A stretch of 63,706 nucleotides of DNA, filler included, from an uncultured Myxococcia bacterium (GCA_964617105.1; 12 parts of 12 records of this genome joined end to end with filler, not necessarily neighbours in it); one strand, 5' to 3'. Numbered from the whole stretch's first letter, positions 27,349 to 38,230 are shown. Notes: generated by a model from the letters alone, not told the origin. Numbers and translations are program-made.

Positions 27349-28828
27349 ATTTATTGCAGCCTCTTCGTTCATAAATAGCATCCGGTTTCCACTCCAGTTT
27401 GTAAAATTTCCCAATATCCAACGGTTTCTTTACCGGTACTTTCTGAGCACAGGTACAGAGTTTCCTAATCAGGCGTTGAGCAATAACACAATTTAAGGAA
27501 GAAGCGATAAGCCAGGGCATAATGCCTAAATCTTCCATACGGGTGATGACCGCAATAGCGTCATTGGTGTGTAAGGTGCTTAACACCAAATGACCGGTCT
27601 GGGAAGCCCGCATAGAAGTAGATGCAGTTTCAGCGTCCCGGACCTCACCGATCATAATTACGTTGGGGTCTTGCCGTAAAATCGATTTTAAACCAGCAGC
27701 AAAAGTGGTTCCAACCTTCTCGTCCACCTGGACCTGGTTGATTCCCTTGATTTGATACTCTACCGGATCTTCAATAGTAATAATACTGGTAACTTTCATT
27801 TTCAGCCAATTAAGCGCTGAGTAGAGAGTGGTGGTTTTACCGCTGCCGGTTGGACCGGTTACCAAAATCATTCCCTGGGGCTGAGAAAGATAATTTTGCA
27901 ATATTTTCATATGTTCGGGGGTAAACCCCAGTTTTTCCAGGGGGACCTGGGCTGATTCCGGTTTTAGCACCCTGATTACCACTCTTTCACCAAAATAAGT
28001 GGGCAAGGTGGAAATTCTCAAATCGTAAATTTTTTCTTTTACTTTTACCTTGGTCCGGCCATCCTGGGAACGCCGTCGTTCAGATATATCCAGGTCACTG
28101 GAAATTTTAATTCTGGATACCAGGGGTGCATGAACCCGCCGGGGAATGGCATAAACATCCTGCAGTATTCCATCGGTGCGATAACGAACATTTACATTGT
28201 GTTCTCCCGGTTCAATATGAATGTCAGAGGCATTGGATTGAAGTGAATCGGATATAATGGAATTGAACAGTTTAATTATTGGTGCCTGGCCGCCTTGTTC
28301 CAATAATTCCTCTGCGGTTAACTCGGTGGTGTCCATCTTGGAAACCAACTCAATGGCCTCTTCGGGAGCTAAATCATCTATTAAGTCGAAAACAACAGAA
28401 TCGAAATCATAGTAGCGGGCAATTGCTTCCAAAATATCTCTTTTAGCGGCCATTTTGGTTACAACGCGGTATCCGGTGCTGAATTCCAGGTTGCTGACTA
28501 TATCGTATTGAAGCGGATCTGAGGTAGCGATAACAATCTGTCTGTCCTTGTATTCAATGGGAATTATATTGTATTCTTGAATAAGTTTTGGGGGAATCAA
28601 AGCCAGAACTTCTGAAGATATAAGAATTTCATCCAGGTCTATAAAGGGGATATTCAACTGTTGGGAGATAGCCATTGCTATTTGTTGTTCTGTGACCATC
28701 TCTTGCTCTACCAGTATGACTCCCAGCGGTTTTTTGCTACGGCGCTGTAAATCCAAGGCGCGATTGAGATCTTCTTCGATCAGTAGTTTAGCATCTAATA
28801 GAATCTCTCCCAGTCTTTTTTTGGCCAT
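27349..28828 (-). CDS. PilB/GspE family secretion ATPase with MshEN N-terminus (3'-partial)
   Basis: RLGEIL N-terminus, ASDIHIEP, GPTGSGKTTTLY, TIEDPVE, LRQDPNVIMIGEVRD, TGHLVLSTLHTN. Confidence 0.95.
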
Positions 28829-29026
28829 GGTTGATTCCTAATTAGTGTCTGTTTTATTTTCATACATGTGATCACTCATATATTTTTGGCCCTTAAAATA
28901 TTAATTTTGCCGTTTTTTCAACCGGTTGTCAATAAATATCTTTACCATGATTTCGACTTGACCTTTTTCTGTTCCAAGAGTACAAGTTTAATGAACTAAA
29001 CCTGATATAAAAATGGAGTGTATCCT

Positions 29027-29845
29027 ATGCTGCAATTCAATAAACTATTTGTTATTGCTGGCCCCTGTGTGATTGAAGGGGAAGAGATGATTATGGAGAT
29101 TGCCGGATCTTTAAAAGAGATCACTGATTCACTCTCATTACCACTAATATTCAAATCCTCTTTTGACAAGGCCAACCGTTCAGTTTACTCGGGATTTCGA
29201 GGACCGGGATTAGATGAGGGATTGCGCATTTTATCAGCAGTAAAGGAAAAATACCATCTCCCCATATTAACTGATATTCACCTGCCCCTTCAGGCTCCTA
29301 AGGTTGCAACAGTGGCTGATATTCTACAGATACCGGCCTTTTTATGCCGCCAGACAGACCTGTTGATCGCAGCAGTTGAAACCGGCAAAGGGTTAAATTT
29401 AAAAAAAGGACAGTTTGTAGCACCGGCTGATATGAAAGGGGTGTTGAGTAAAATTTTAGCAATAGATAAACAGGCGGTAGTTAAAAACAGAGTTCTCTTA
29501 ACCGAAAGAGGTAGCAGTTTTGGATATAACAACCTGGTAGTGGATATGCGCTCCATCAAAATCATGGGGGAGTTGGGATGCCCGGTTGTATTCGATGCCA
29601 CCCATTCGGTGCAACTGCCTTCGGCCCAGGGTTACCAGTCAGGAGGGGAAAGAGAATTCGTGGAACCGCTGGCCTTAGCCGCCGTGGCCGCCGGCGCACA
29701 AGGTCTTTTCCTGGAAGTACATCAAAACCCTCCTCAGGCCAAATGTGACAGCGCCAGCATGATCGATCTTGCCACTTTTGAAAGTCTATTAAAAAAATGC
29801 CTGGGAATCTATGAACTGTTAGAAAAGTTCCCGTCCAAGAATTAA
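29027..29845 (+). CDS. kdsA: KDO 8-phosphate synthase
   Basis: IAGPCVIE, FDKANRS, QIPAFLCRQTDL, KKGQF, ERGSSFGYNNLVVDMR, FDATHSVQ. GGAG RBS favours ATG 29027. Confidence 0.97.
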   Translation: MLQFNKLFVIAGPCVIEGEEMIMEIAGSLKEITDSLSLPLIFKSSFDKANRSVYSGFRGPGLDEGLRILSAVKEKYHLPILTDIHLPLQAPKVATVADILQIPAFLCRQTDLLIAAVETGKGLNLKKGQFVAPADMKGVLSKILAIDKQAVVKNRVLLTERGSSFGYNNLVVDMRSIKIMGELGCPVVFDATHSVQLPSAQGYQSGGEREFVEPLALAAVAAGAQGLFLEVHQNPPQAKCDSASMIDLATFESLLKKCLGIYELLEKFPSKN

Positions 29846-29887
29846 TTTCGTAGTAATCATCACTCTTGCCAATCTTAAGTTTCATCA

Positions 29888-32488
29888 CTATAATTCAAGG
29901 AGTTTAGTGTTGTAGTTATCTAACCTGATCTTTAAATTCATTAACTCTCTTTTCTTTTCCGGCGATGAATTCAATTTGATAAACAAAGGCCAATATTTTT
30001 TACGCCTGGACTTTATCTCCATAAATTCTGATTGGATAATGCCTATATCGGTCAGGTATATAATCAAGTTCTTCATGTAATCTTTGGATATGGATTCATG
30101 CGATTTGATGTGGCCGTTATAATAGAAAAACATGATCTCCTTTAACATCTGGTTTAAAAACTCTTTCTCCTGGACATAACTTTCTTCCAAATGGCTTATC
30201 ACCTGCAATCCAGCCCAGTAAGAATCGATAAAGTTTAGTATCAGCCTGGTTAAAAGAGCCACTTTGTAATCATCCTTAACAAACACAGTCCCCTTTTGGG
30301 TATCGAGTTTTAAAAGGCGCCATTGAACCATTTTGTTCAAGTTGTTTTCAAACACCTGTTCATAAGGTTTGTCTGTCTTGTACACGAATTCGTACTTAAA
30401 AAGCCGGCTAAAAAACAGAACTTTTTCCTGCAATTCATCCAGGGGGATATTATCCTCATGTTCCGATACTATAATTGCCGCGGATATAAGAGAAAAAGGG
30501 ACAAAAAAGTTAATGATATTGTTTTTGTAGTAATCTAAAGCCAGTCGCAACTCCTGAGGTACATAATATATGGTCTTGTTCTTGTGTCGCCAGGCCTTTA
30601 TATTACCGTATTTGACAAAACGTTCAGCGGCTTGCAAATAGGCTTTTTTCCTGATTTCCACCTGATTTTGTAAGGTTCTGGACAGATTATGGTTGCCGGT
30701 TTTTTTTAAGAGTTGAAATAAATACTCACTGTTGGCAACCAATCCTACGCTATCCTGACCTCTAAAACGGCTGGTTAATGTCACCGTGGCCACTATCGCC
30801 GAGGGGGTAATCATGCTAGCCTTACTAATTTCGTACGCCAGCCGGTTGCCCAAACTCTTGGTCACTTGCCGGATATCTTCTTTTTTGCAATTATCTGGAT
30901 TAATGCCAAACTTTTTAAAATATTTTTTTAAAGATAAAGGTTTGCTGCAATTCAAATAGATCTGGCCATAACGAACTTTAAGTACTTTTCGGCTTTCCAG
31001 CAGACTGGAGATATTCTCCTTTATTTTATCTCCCCCTTCCAATTCATGGACATACGCCTTCTCTTCTATAATTTTTTCATACCCCACCGACATGGGAATC
31101 AGGTAGATATCACGAGTTGGATCTTGGCAAAACGCCTCCAATTCCATCCCCAAAATCCCAAACTTGGGGCTCAACACCTTACCGGTGCGAGACCGGCCGC
31201 CCTCGATAAAAAATTCCTGGGTAAATCCAGCCTGCATCAGTTTTTTAATATAGGTTTTAAAAGTGGCGGAATAGAGTTGTTTTCCTTTAAAAGTCCGGCG
31301 CATAAAAAATGCTCCGCAACCTCTAAAAATCGGGCCCAAAGGCCAAAAAGAGAGATTTATGCCAGAAGCGATATAAGGGGTGGCCATGTTATGGTGGAAT
31401 AAAATCCAGGAAATTATCAAATAATCGATATGAGACTTGTGCCCAGGACACAAAAGCACTGGGTTGTTGCGCTGCAATTGGCGAATTTTCTCTAAATCCT
31501 TCTGGTCAACAATTATACCCTCATAGATTTTATTCCAAAGGTAAGCGCAGATTTGGTAGGTTATCTTGATATACTGGTATTTATATCTGGCGGCTATCTC
31601 CTGTAAATATTTACGCGCCTGATGTTGCACGTTGTTTATATTGGTGTCACCATCCATAGCCGTTTGCCGCATCACCTTCTGTAATATCGGATCCTTAAGG
31701 CAATATTCCTGTAATTGATAAACCGATGCCAAAGGGGGGCCCAGCACGGCAGTGTCTTCAGACCTGATGTTCTCCAGCAATCCATCTTTTATTTTTTGGG
31801 CCAACTCTAATTCCGAACAGTTTTTGTGCTGATCCGCTATTATCTTCATGTCCAGGGGGGTGCCGATTTTGACAAAGGCATTTTTATAATTACGCATCAT
31901 GTAATAGATTGCGCTAAGATGCCCCGAAGGTTCATTGGGTTCTCCGGTTACAGGTAATTTCTGTTTATCGGAGGAGTGTGGTATTTTTCGCCAATAGACC
32001 ATCTGAGAGATCAGTTGAAAAGGGATATCGGACTCTCGTTGAATTTTTACCAGCCATTGTAAGTATCGATCTATATTATAATTACCATTTTCAGCGCCAA
32101 AAGAGTCGGCGCGATTAATAAACAGCAGAGAAGATTTTCCTTGCCTGCAAATCTGTTGAAACAGTTCCGCATCGCTATGTCTCTGGCGGGAAAAGATGCT
32201 TCCCATTGCGGAGGTAAAAGGTTGCCACAGGTAACGATTTGGACCATTGGAAAAAAAGGCCAGGGGCAATTCATATTCGAGGGCAGCATAATTCAAATAT
32301 AAAAAATTTATATAGCAATAGTTGCGCATGAAATAGATAACGGGTCCCTTTTGAGCGGCCTGCTGTACCACTTCAATATCCTCAAAAGAGTATTTAATGT
32401 CCTTAAAAAAACGGAAAAATAAATTCTTTATTAATACACCGTGCTTTCGGTGCATAATTGGCAAACAACTATTTGTCTCTTTTTCCAT
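29888..32488 (-). CDS. plsB: Glycerol-3-phosphate acyltransferase, PlsB family
   Basis: HKSHID (HX4D), GAFFMRR, FFIEGGRSRTGK, YEKIIE. Confidence 0.9.
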   Translation of the reverse strand: MEKETNSCLPIMHRKHGVLIKNLFFRFFKDIKYSFEDIEVVQQAAQKGPVIYFMRNYCYINFLYLNYAALEYELPLAFFSNGPNRYLWQPFTSAMGSIFSRQRHSDAELFQQICRQGKSSLLFINRADSFGAENGNYNIDRYLQWLVKIQRESDIPFQLISQMVYWRKIPHSSDKQKLPVTGEPNEPSGHLSAIYYMMRNYKNAFVKIGTPLDMKIIADQHKNCSELELAQKIKDGLLENIRSEDTAVLGPPLASVYQLQEYCLKDPILQKVMRQTAMDGDTNINNVQHQARKYLQEIAARYKYQYIKITYQICAYLWNKIYEGIIVDQKDLEKIRQLQRNNPVLLCPGHKSHIDYLIISWILFHHNMATPYIASGINLSFWPLGPIFRGCGAFFMRRTFKGKQLYSATFKTYIKKLMQAGFTQEFFIEGGRSRTGKVLSPKFGILGMELEAFCQDPTRDIYLIPMSVGYEKIIEEKAYVHELEGGDKIKENISSLLESRKVLKVRYGQIYLNCSKPLSLKKYFKKFGINPDNCKKEDIRQVTKSLGNRLAYEISKASMITPSAIVATVTLTSRFRGQDSVGLVANSEYLFQLLKKTGNHNLSRTLQNQVEIRKKAYLQAAERFVKYGNIKAWRHKNKTIYYVPQELRLALDYYKNNIINFFVPFSLISAAIIVSEHEDNIPLDELQEKVLFFSRLFKYEFVYKTDKPYEQVFENNLNKMVQWRLLKLDTQKGTVFVKDDYKVALLTRLILNFIDSYWAGLQVISHLEESYVQEKEFLNQMLKEIMFFYYNGHIKSHESISKDYMKNLIIYLTDIGIIQSEFMEIKSRRKKYWPLFIKLNSSPEKKRELMNLKIRLDNYNTKLLEL

Positions 32489-32596
32489 CTATTTCNNNNN
32501 NNNNNNNNNNNNNNNNNNNNNNNNNNNNNNNNNNNNNNNTTAATTAATTAANNNNNNNNNNNNNNNNNNNNNNNNNNNNNNNNNNNNNNNNNNNNT

Positions 32597-33268
32597 GCCG
32601 AAAAGTTAAACCAAGTGTTAGACCACATGCTGGAGATGCAGTCCGATTTCGAGGCTTTGCTCACCAAAAACCGCATTTTTATCGACCGGATGAAAGATGT
32701 GGCGATTATATCAGCTGAAGAGGCCATTAACTGGGGATTTACCGGGCCAGCCCTGCGTTCTACCGGCGTAGCATACGATGTGCGGAAAGACAATTCCTAC
32801 CTGGTCTATGACCGTTTTGACTTTGATATTCCCGTAGGGTTGCAAGGTGATAACTACGACCGTTATCTGGTGAGGTTGGAGGAGATGAGACAGTCGGCCA
32901 GCATTATCCGTCAGGCATTGGAGCAGATGGAAGAAGGGCCAATTATCATTGAAGATACCAATATAACTTTGCCGAAGAAAAACAAGGTATATGCCAACTT
33001 TGAGAGTTTGGCACACCATTTCAAATTGGTAATCGATGGAATCGAAACCCCGCCGGGTGAGATATACAGCAGTACTGAGGCTGGCAATGGAGAATTGGGC
33101 TGGTATATTGTTTCCGATGGAAGCGGAACCCCCTATCGATGTAGAGTTAGACCTCCATGTTTTCCTATTGTATCAGCCATGCCCAGATTACTCAGGGGAC
33201 ATATGATACCCGATATTATCGCCACCTTTGGCACTGTAAACATGGTGGGCGGTGAGTGCGACAGGTAA
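32597..33268 (+). CDS. nuoD: NADH-quinone oxidoreductase subunit D (5'-partial)
   Basis: GFTGPALRSTGVAYDVRK, GDNYDRYLVRLEEMRQS, GELGWY, RVRPP, GECDR. Confidence 0.96.
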   Translation, partial: AEKLNQVLDHMLEMQSDFEALLTKNRIFIDRMKDVAIISAEEAINWGFTGPALRSTGVAYDVRKDNSYLVYDRFDFDIPVGLQGDNYDRYLVRLEEMRQSASIIRQALEQMEEGPIIIEDTNITLPKKNKVYANFESLAHHFKLVIDGIETPPGEIYSSTEAGNGELGWYIVSDGSGTPYRCRVRPPCFPIVSAMPRLLRGHMIPDIIATFGTVNMVGGECDR

Positions 33269-33289
33269 TAAAAACCGGGAGATTTAATA

Positions 33290-34390
33290 ATGGGATATGA
33301 TTTTACTTATTTTGTAGCAGATGTGATCAAGTTATTGCTCATGCTGGGATTTTGCATGAATTTGGCGGTAATTCTGGTATATACTGAAAGGCGACAAAGC
33401 GCCTTCATGCAAGACCGGATCGGACCCAACAGGGCCGGTATTAAAGGCTTTACCCTGGCCGGATTATTCCATCCAATAGCCGATACTTTTAAAATGATCC
33501 TAAAAGAGGATTTTTTACCAGCCCGGGGCGATAAATTTCTACATCATTTGGCCCCTTTTATGGCCATGTTTCCAGCTTTACTGGTTTTTATTGTCATTCC
33601 ATTTGGACCGGATATTACCGTTTTTGGCCGGGTCATCAAGTTGCAAGTTGCAAACCTGGATGTGGGCATTCTTTTCCTGTTTGCCTTCTCCTCTCTGTGT
33701 GTCTACGGTACTGTCTTGGCAGGTTGGTCCTCCAACAACAAGTGGGCACTTTTGGGCGGGTTGCGGGCCAGTGCCCAGATGTTCTCCTATGAAGTTACCA
33801 TGGGTTTGACCATTATTGGCGTATGCATGATTTTTCAGACCCTAAGATTGGACCAAATGGTGCTAGGACAGGGTGAATTACTTTGGGGCGTGATTCCCAA
33901 GTGGGGAATTGTGGTGCAACCGCTGGGATTTATCCTCTTTTTAATTGCCGCCATAGCAGAAATTAAGCGAACACCCTTTGATTTGCCAGAGGGTGAACCA
34001 GAAGTTATAGGTTATTTTCTGGAATATTCCGGTTTGAAATTTGGCATGTTTATGGTTGCTGAATTTATCGAAATAGTGATTATTTCAATGCTAGTCACTA
34101 CTATTTTTCTGGGTGGATGGCAAGTGCCTTACCTGTTAGCCGATGGATTCCATTTTCCTCTTGGAGTAAAACTACTATTCCCTGCAGGATTGACCTGGTT
34201 GATAGTGGTGCTCCAGATTTTGACTTTTGTTTTAAAAACTGTATTTGTGTGTTGGGTATTACAGACTTTGCGTTGGACTTTACCCCGGTTCAGGTATGAT
34301 CAACTGATGGGATTGGGCTGGAAAGTCCTTCTTCCGTTGAGCCTGCTCAATATTGCCATTACCGGAATTGTTGTGCTGTTTCTGAATTAG
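33290..34390 (+). CDS. nuoH: NADH-quinone oxidoreductase subunit H
   Basis: ERR..AFMQDRIGPNRAG, GWSSNNKWALLGGLRASAQMFSYE, RTPFDLPEGE, RWTLPRFRYDQLM. Confidence 0.97.
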   Translation: MGYDFTYFVADVIKLLLMLGFCMNLAVILVYTERRQSAFMQDRIGPNRAGIKGFTLAGLFHPIADTFKMILKEDFLPARGDKFLHHLAPFMAMFPALLVFIVIPFGPDITVFGRVIKLQVANLDVGILFLFAFSSLCVYGTVLAGWSSNNKWALLGGLRASAQMFSYEVTMGLTIIGVCMIFQTLRLDQMVLGQGELLWGVIPKWGIVVQPLGFILFLIAAIAEIKRTPFDLPEGEPEVIGYFLEYSGLKFGMFMVAEFIEIVIISMLVTTIFLGGWQVPYLLADGFHFPLGVKLLFPAGLTWLIVVLQILTFVLKTVFVCWVLQTLRWTLPRFRYDQLMGLGWKVLLPLSLLNIAITGIVVLFLN

Positions 34391-34420
34391 CAACGAAATT
34401 ATTTCCATAAGGAAATCAAA

Positions 34421-35005
34421 ATGATCAATATTCGCAAGGTAAGAAAAACTAACCAGATGACCATGTGGGAGAGACTTTATCTCTTTGAAGTTGCCCGGGG
34501 TTTTTATACCACCACCAAGCATTTTTTATACAATTTTCCCAAACATGTGTGGATATTTGGTTGGGAACGGTTGGTAAACAAGAAACCGCCCCAGGGAGAG
34601 TACCCTTTTACTATCCAATATCCGGATGAGAAACGGAAATATCCTGAGCGCTACCGGGGAATCCACCGTTTATTGAAACGGGAAGATGACTCTCCCAAAT
34701 GTGTAGCTTGCTACATGTGCGCTACTGTATGCCCAGCTCAATGTATCCATATAACAGCTGAAGCACATGATGATCCGCAAATTGAAAAGCAACCCCAGCG
34801 TTTTGTTATCGACTCTATGCGTTGCATCTATTGCGGTTTTTGCGTAGAAGCCTGTCCAAAAGACGCCATTCGCATGGACACCGGAAAACACACTCCGGTA
34901 CATCGCTCTAAAAACGCCGGCGCAAAGAATCTTCCCTTTATGAAAGAAGTAATTTCCCAGGAAGAGGAAGATGATTCTCAATACACTTTTCGGATTAAAT
35001 TTTAG
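34421..35005 (+). CDS. nuoI: NADH-quinone oxidoreductase subunit I
   Basis: TIQYPDE, RYRGIH, CVACYMCATVCP and CIYCGFCVEACP. Confidence 0.95.
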   Translation: MINIRKVRKTNQMTMWERLYLFEVARGFYTTTKHFLYNFPKHVWIFGWERLVNKKPPQGEYPFTIQYPDEKRKYPERYRGIHRLLKREDDSPKCVACYMCATVCPAQCIHITAEAHDDPQIEKQPQRFVIDSMRCIYCGFCVEACPKDAIRMDTGKHTPVHRSKNAGAKNLPFMKEVISQEEEDDSQYTFRIKF

Positions 35006-35013
35006 TCGTTTTC

Positions 35014-35042
35014 TTGACACCCCCCAGACCCTCGCTTAGAAT
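35014..35042 (+). promoter_or_regulatory. Sigma70 promoter directly after nuoI
   Basis: TTGACA-N17-TAGAAT. Confidence 0.65.
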
Positions 35043-35089
35043 GAACGCTCAACCTTCGTTGTAACCGTTGCTTGCTACGCAGTCTCAAA

Positions 35090-35725
35090 ATGACTAAAAA
35101 ACAGTATAAACATTCAATGCTTTCCCGGCAAAAGCCAAAGACCAAACAGCGTAAGTTTATCAAAAAACAGGTACGCAATTTTCCCCTTATGATTGTATTA
35201 GGGCTTGTAGTGGTTAACCTGGTTTTTTTTACTGTTTTTGATTTTAACGGAAAAACTCAGCATATTATCGCGGGTTTCGAAAAGCCAAAAAAACCTCCAG
35301 GAAAGGATCTGGTGGGAAAAGAGAAAAAGATAGCGGCCAGAAAAAATTTCGACCAAGATCGAAAACGAAAGAAAGCCCAAAAAAGAAAATACAAAATGCG
35401 CCTGGCTGGAAAAGAGGCTCGGATTCCCATAATCTCTTTAAAAAACAAACCAGGATTTGCAAAATCCCTATCCCGGGGTTCTATTCAGACCGGGGAGAAT
35501 TTTATCACCGCTCTCTCCAGAAATATGATAAAACGGGCTGAAATATTTAAAATGCTTAATCATTTTAAGTCTCTGTACACTTTCCGGAATGTGCAGCCTG
35601 GTGATACCTTTTTCTTTAAAAAAGAGTCTGGCCGGAAAATAACCTACTTTGAATACCAGCGAATCAGGGGCAAAACCTATATTTATGACGCCCGGGGAAG
35701 CAAACCCAAGGTATATAAGAGGTGA
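35090..35725 (+). CDS. Basic single-TM protein with an OapA/MepM-like N-terminal (LysM-like) domain and no M23 domain
   Basis: One TM segment. GSIQTGENFITALSR...FRNVQPGDTFFF...YFEYQ. Stop overlaps the lnt start (GTGA). Confidence 0.55.
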   Translation: MTKKQYKHSMLSRQKPKTKQRKFIKKQVRNFPLMIVLGLVVVNLVFFTVFDFNGKTQHIIAGFEKPKKPPGKDLVGKEKKIAARKNFDQDRKRKKAQKRKYKMRLAGKEARIPIISLKNKPGFAKSLSRGSIQTGENFITALSRNMIKRAEIFKMLNHFKSLYTFRNVQPGDTFFFKKESGRKITYFEYQRIRGKTYIYDARGSKPKVYKR

Positions 35726-37332
35726 AAGGTTTTTTACTCTCTGCTCTCACCTCCCTGCTATTCGGTTTGAGTCTTAATCCCCGCCTGCCTTCTTTGTGGT
35801 TTCTGGCCATCTTTTGTATCTATTTCCAGTATTTAGTTGTCCGGGAAAAAAAATCAATATCAAGAGTGTTTGCCTGGACCTGGTTTACCCAGTTTTTAGT
35901 TGGGTTAACCGGTTTTTATTGGATCGAAGGAACTATCCGGATATTCGGTAATATTGGTTTTCCTTTCAGTTCTTTGCTATTTTTAGGATATTCGGCTTAC
36001 CATTTTTTAGATTGGCCGATAGCCTGGTGTATCACCTATTATATTACCCGCAGATATTCTCTGGATAAAAAGTATAGTTTACTCATAGTTTTTCCCGCCA
36101 TATTTTCCTTTTTACAACTAATCTACCCTAAACAGTTTCTTTGGCTCATGGTGGACGGTTGGAGTATCTCTGCAAACATGATCCAAATTGCTTCTTTGGT
36201 GGGACAAAAAGGCGCTAATACCATACTGATTATTTTGGCTTCGATTTTTTGTTATGCTATGGTGCAAAAAAAGATTCAGCCCAAAATAGTTTTTCTGTCA
36301 ATAGTGACTGTGCTGTTTGTGTCTATTTATATAGGAGGATTGGCGGGAAAATACTCTAAACAGGCTGACCTGGACCAAATAACCCGGAAAGATGGCAAAG
36401 TTATAACCCACCTTATGGTGCAGGGAAATATTGGTGATTTATGGAAAATTGCTGCCAACCAGACTAAAAAAGGAAAGAAACTGTCTCAAATAGTGGATTG
36501 GGCTATTGATGAATATATAACTTTGACCTCTAAAAAACTTAAAGAAACTAAAGAACGTCCAGACCTCATTATATGGCCGGAAAATGCCTTTCCGGTTGGA
36601 GTGGATTGGGATTTTCGGAGGGTGAGTAAGTTACAAAGAGCCATTGACAAATGGAAGGTTCCATTGATAACCGGCGCTTATGATCACGACCCGTTACCAG
36701 CCGGTCATCTTTCAAAACGGAAATATATCACCTATAATACTATGTTTTATTTTCCGGTGACCGGTCAGGGGAAAATACAGAAATATCGAAAAAGGATCTT
36801 AATAGCCTTTGGCGAACATATTCCCCTATTTGATTATTTTCCCCAATTAAAAAAATGGTTTCCGGCCATGAGCCATTTTTCAAAAGGTAAAAAAGAGGGA
36901 TTGATCTATCTAAACAACAATTTGCAGGTAGGGGTATCTCTTTGTTATGAGGCGATATTTTCAGGTTTAATCCAGGCTCAATCTCAACATGATGTGCACT
37001 ATTTTATCAATATAACCAATGACTCCTGGTTTGGTAATACTTTGGAACCCTGGCAGCATTTATACTTGACCCGCTGGAGGGCGGTTGAAAACGGAAAGTA
37101 TTTTATCCGGGTAACTAACACTGGATTTTCCGCCTTTATTTCCCCAACCGGTGAAATAATAAAACAGATAGGTTTGAATCAAAGAGAAACTTTGATGGCT
37201 TTGGTGCCAAAACCAAAACTCCCCTCCACACTCTATTCCAAAATAGGCGATATGGCCTCCATTCCGATTTTTCTTTTCTATTTACTCTTATTCTTCTTAA
37301 TTTCTAGATGGAGAATATGGACATCATCGTGA
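35722..37332 (+). CDS. lnt: Apolipoprotein N-acyltransferase
   Basis: TM N-terminus, VQGNI, catalytic E (WPENA), K (YRKRILIAFGE) and C (LCYEA), NITNDSWFG, RAVEN, TNTGFS. Confidence 0.95.
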   Translation: MKGFLLSALTSLLFGLSLNPRLPSLWFLAIFCIYFQYLVVREKKSISRVFAWTWFTQFLVGLTGFYWIEGTIRIFGNIGFPFSSLLFLGYSAYHFLDWPIAWCITYYITRRYSLDKKYSLLIVFPAIFSFLQLIYPKQFLWLMVDGWSISANMIQIASLVGQKGANTILIILASIFCYAMVQKKIQPKIVFLSIVTVLFVSIYIGGLAGKYSKQADLDQITRKDGKVITHLMVQGNIGDLWKIAANQTKKGKKLSQIVDWAIDEYITLTSKKLKETKERPDLIIWPENAFPVGVDWDFRRVSKLQRAIDKWKVPLITGAYDHDPLPAGHLSKRKYITYNTMFYFPVTGQGKIQKYRKRILIAFGEHIPLFDYFPQLKKWFPAMSHFSKGKKEGLIYLNNNLQVGVSLCYEAIFSGLIQAQSQHDVHYFINITNDSWFGNTLEPWQHLYLTRWRAVENGKYFIRVTNTGFSAFISPTGEIIKQIGLNQRETLMALVPKPKLPSTLYSKIGDMASIPIFLFYLLLFFLISRWRIWTSS

Positions 37333-37729
37333 GCCGGTGAAACATCATTATTTAATTGGAGGATATGGATTTGACCCTGGAGGCGCCAGGGCGTTTTTAT
37401 TTTATCCAGGATGGGGATATTAGAGTTTGCTCGGTTTTGACTTGATTTATTTTCATCATGACTATTAAAGTCATAGATAGATATTCCCTGGGTTTCCAGG
37501 TTGAAATAACAGGTATAATCTTGACTTAAAAGATGAGTGTAACAATAGCGGGACTGTGATATATAGTGGTAGACCTCTCTTTTTCCAGTATTTACATCAA
37601 AACCGTGCAGCCCAGAGCGAAATACCCGAGATGAATCCGGTTTATTACTAGAGGTGATATACAAGTGTCCATTTTTAGAAAAAGCCCCCCCTTGAGTCCA
37701 TCTCAATTCTAGATGCCTTCTTTTTTTGG
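37278..37729 (-). CDS. Hypothetical protein, beta-propeller-like C-terminal fragment (5'-partial)
   Basis: Open from the contig end (KKRRHLELRWTQGGAFSKNGHLYITS...ETQGISIYD). Overlaps the lnt 3' end by 55 nt. Confidence 0.55.
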
Positions 37730-37831
37730 NNNNNNNNNNNNNNNNNNNNNNNNNNNNNNNNNNNNNNNNNNNNTTAATTAATTAANNNNNNNNNNNNNNN
37801 NNNNNNNNNNNNNNNNNNNNNNNNNNNNNTT

Positions 37832-38230
37832 TTTCAGAATTTTTATTTGCTTCCCGAATTGACCGCCCTGGACAACGTGGCGTTACCCATGGTTTTTAGC
37901 CGCCGGGAGAAACGTCGCGAAAGGGCGACTAAATTGCTAGACCTGGTGGGGCTGAAGCCACGTCTCAATCACCTACCAAGCGAACTATCGGGGGGAGAGA
38001 TGCAGCGGGTAGCCATTGCCCGGGCATTGGCAAATGGTCCGGACATTGTCCTGGCCGATGAACCAACAGGAAAATTGGATACCCGTAACGGAGTTATCAT
38101 TGCCAGTCTTTTCAAGGAATTTATTCAATCGGGCATCACCTTTTTCATGGCCACCCATGACCTGGAATTGGCCCGTCAGGCCGATTTTGTAATCAAACTC
38201 CGCGATGGGAAAATATCCGATATCTTATAA
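37832..38230 (+). CDS. ABC transporter ATP-binding protein, LolD/MacB-like (5'-partial)
   Basis: [41 protein letters not shown]. Confidence 0.93.
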   Translation, partial: FQNFYLLPELTALDNVALPMVFSRREKRRERATKLLDLVGLKPRLNHLPSELSGGEMQRVAIARALANGPDIVLADEPTGKLDTRNGVIIASLFKEFIQSGITFFMATHDLELARQADFVIKLRDGKISDIL

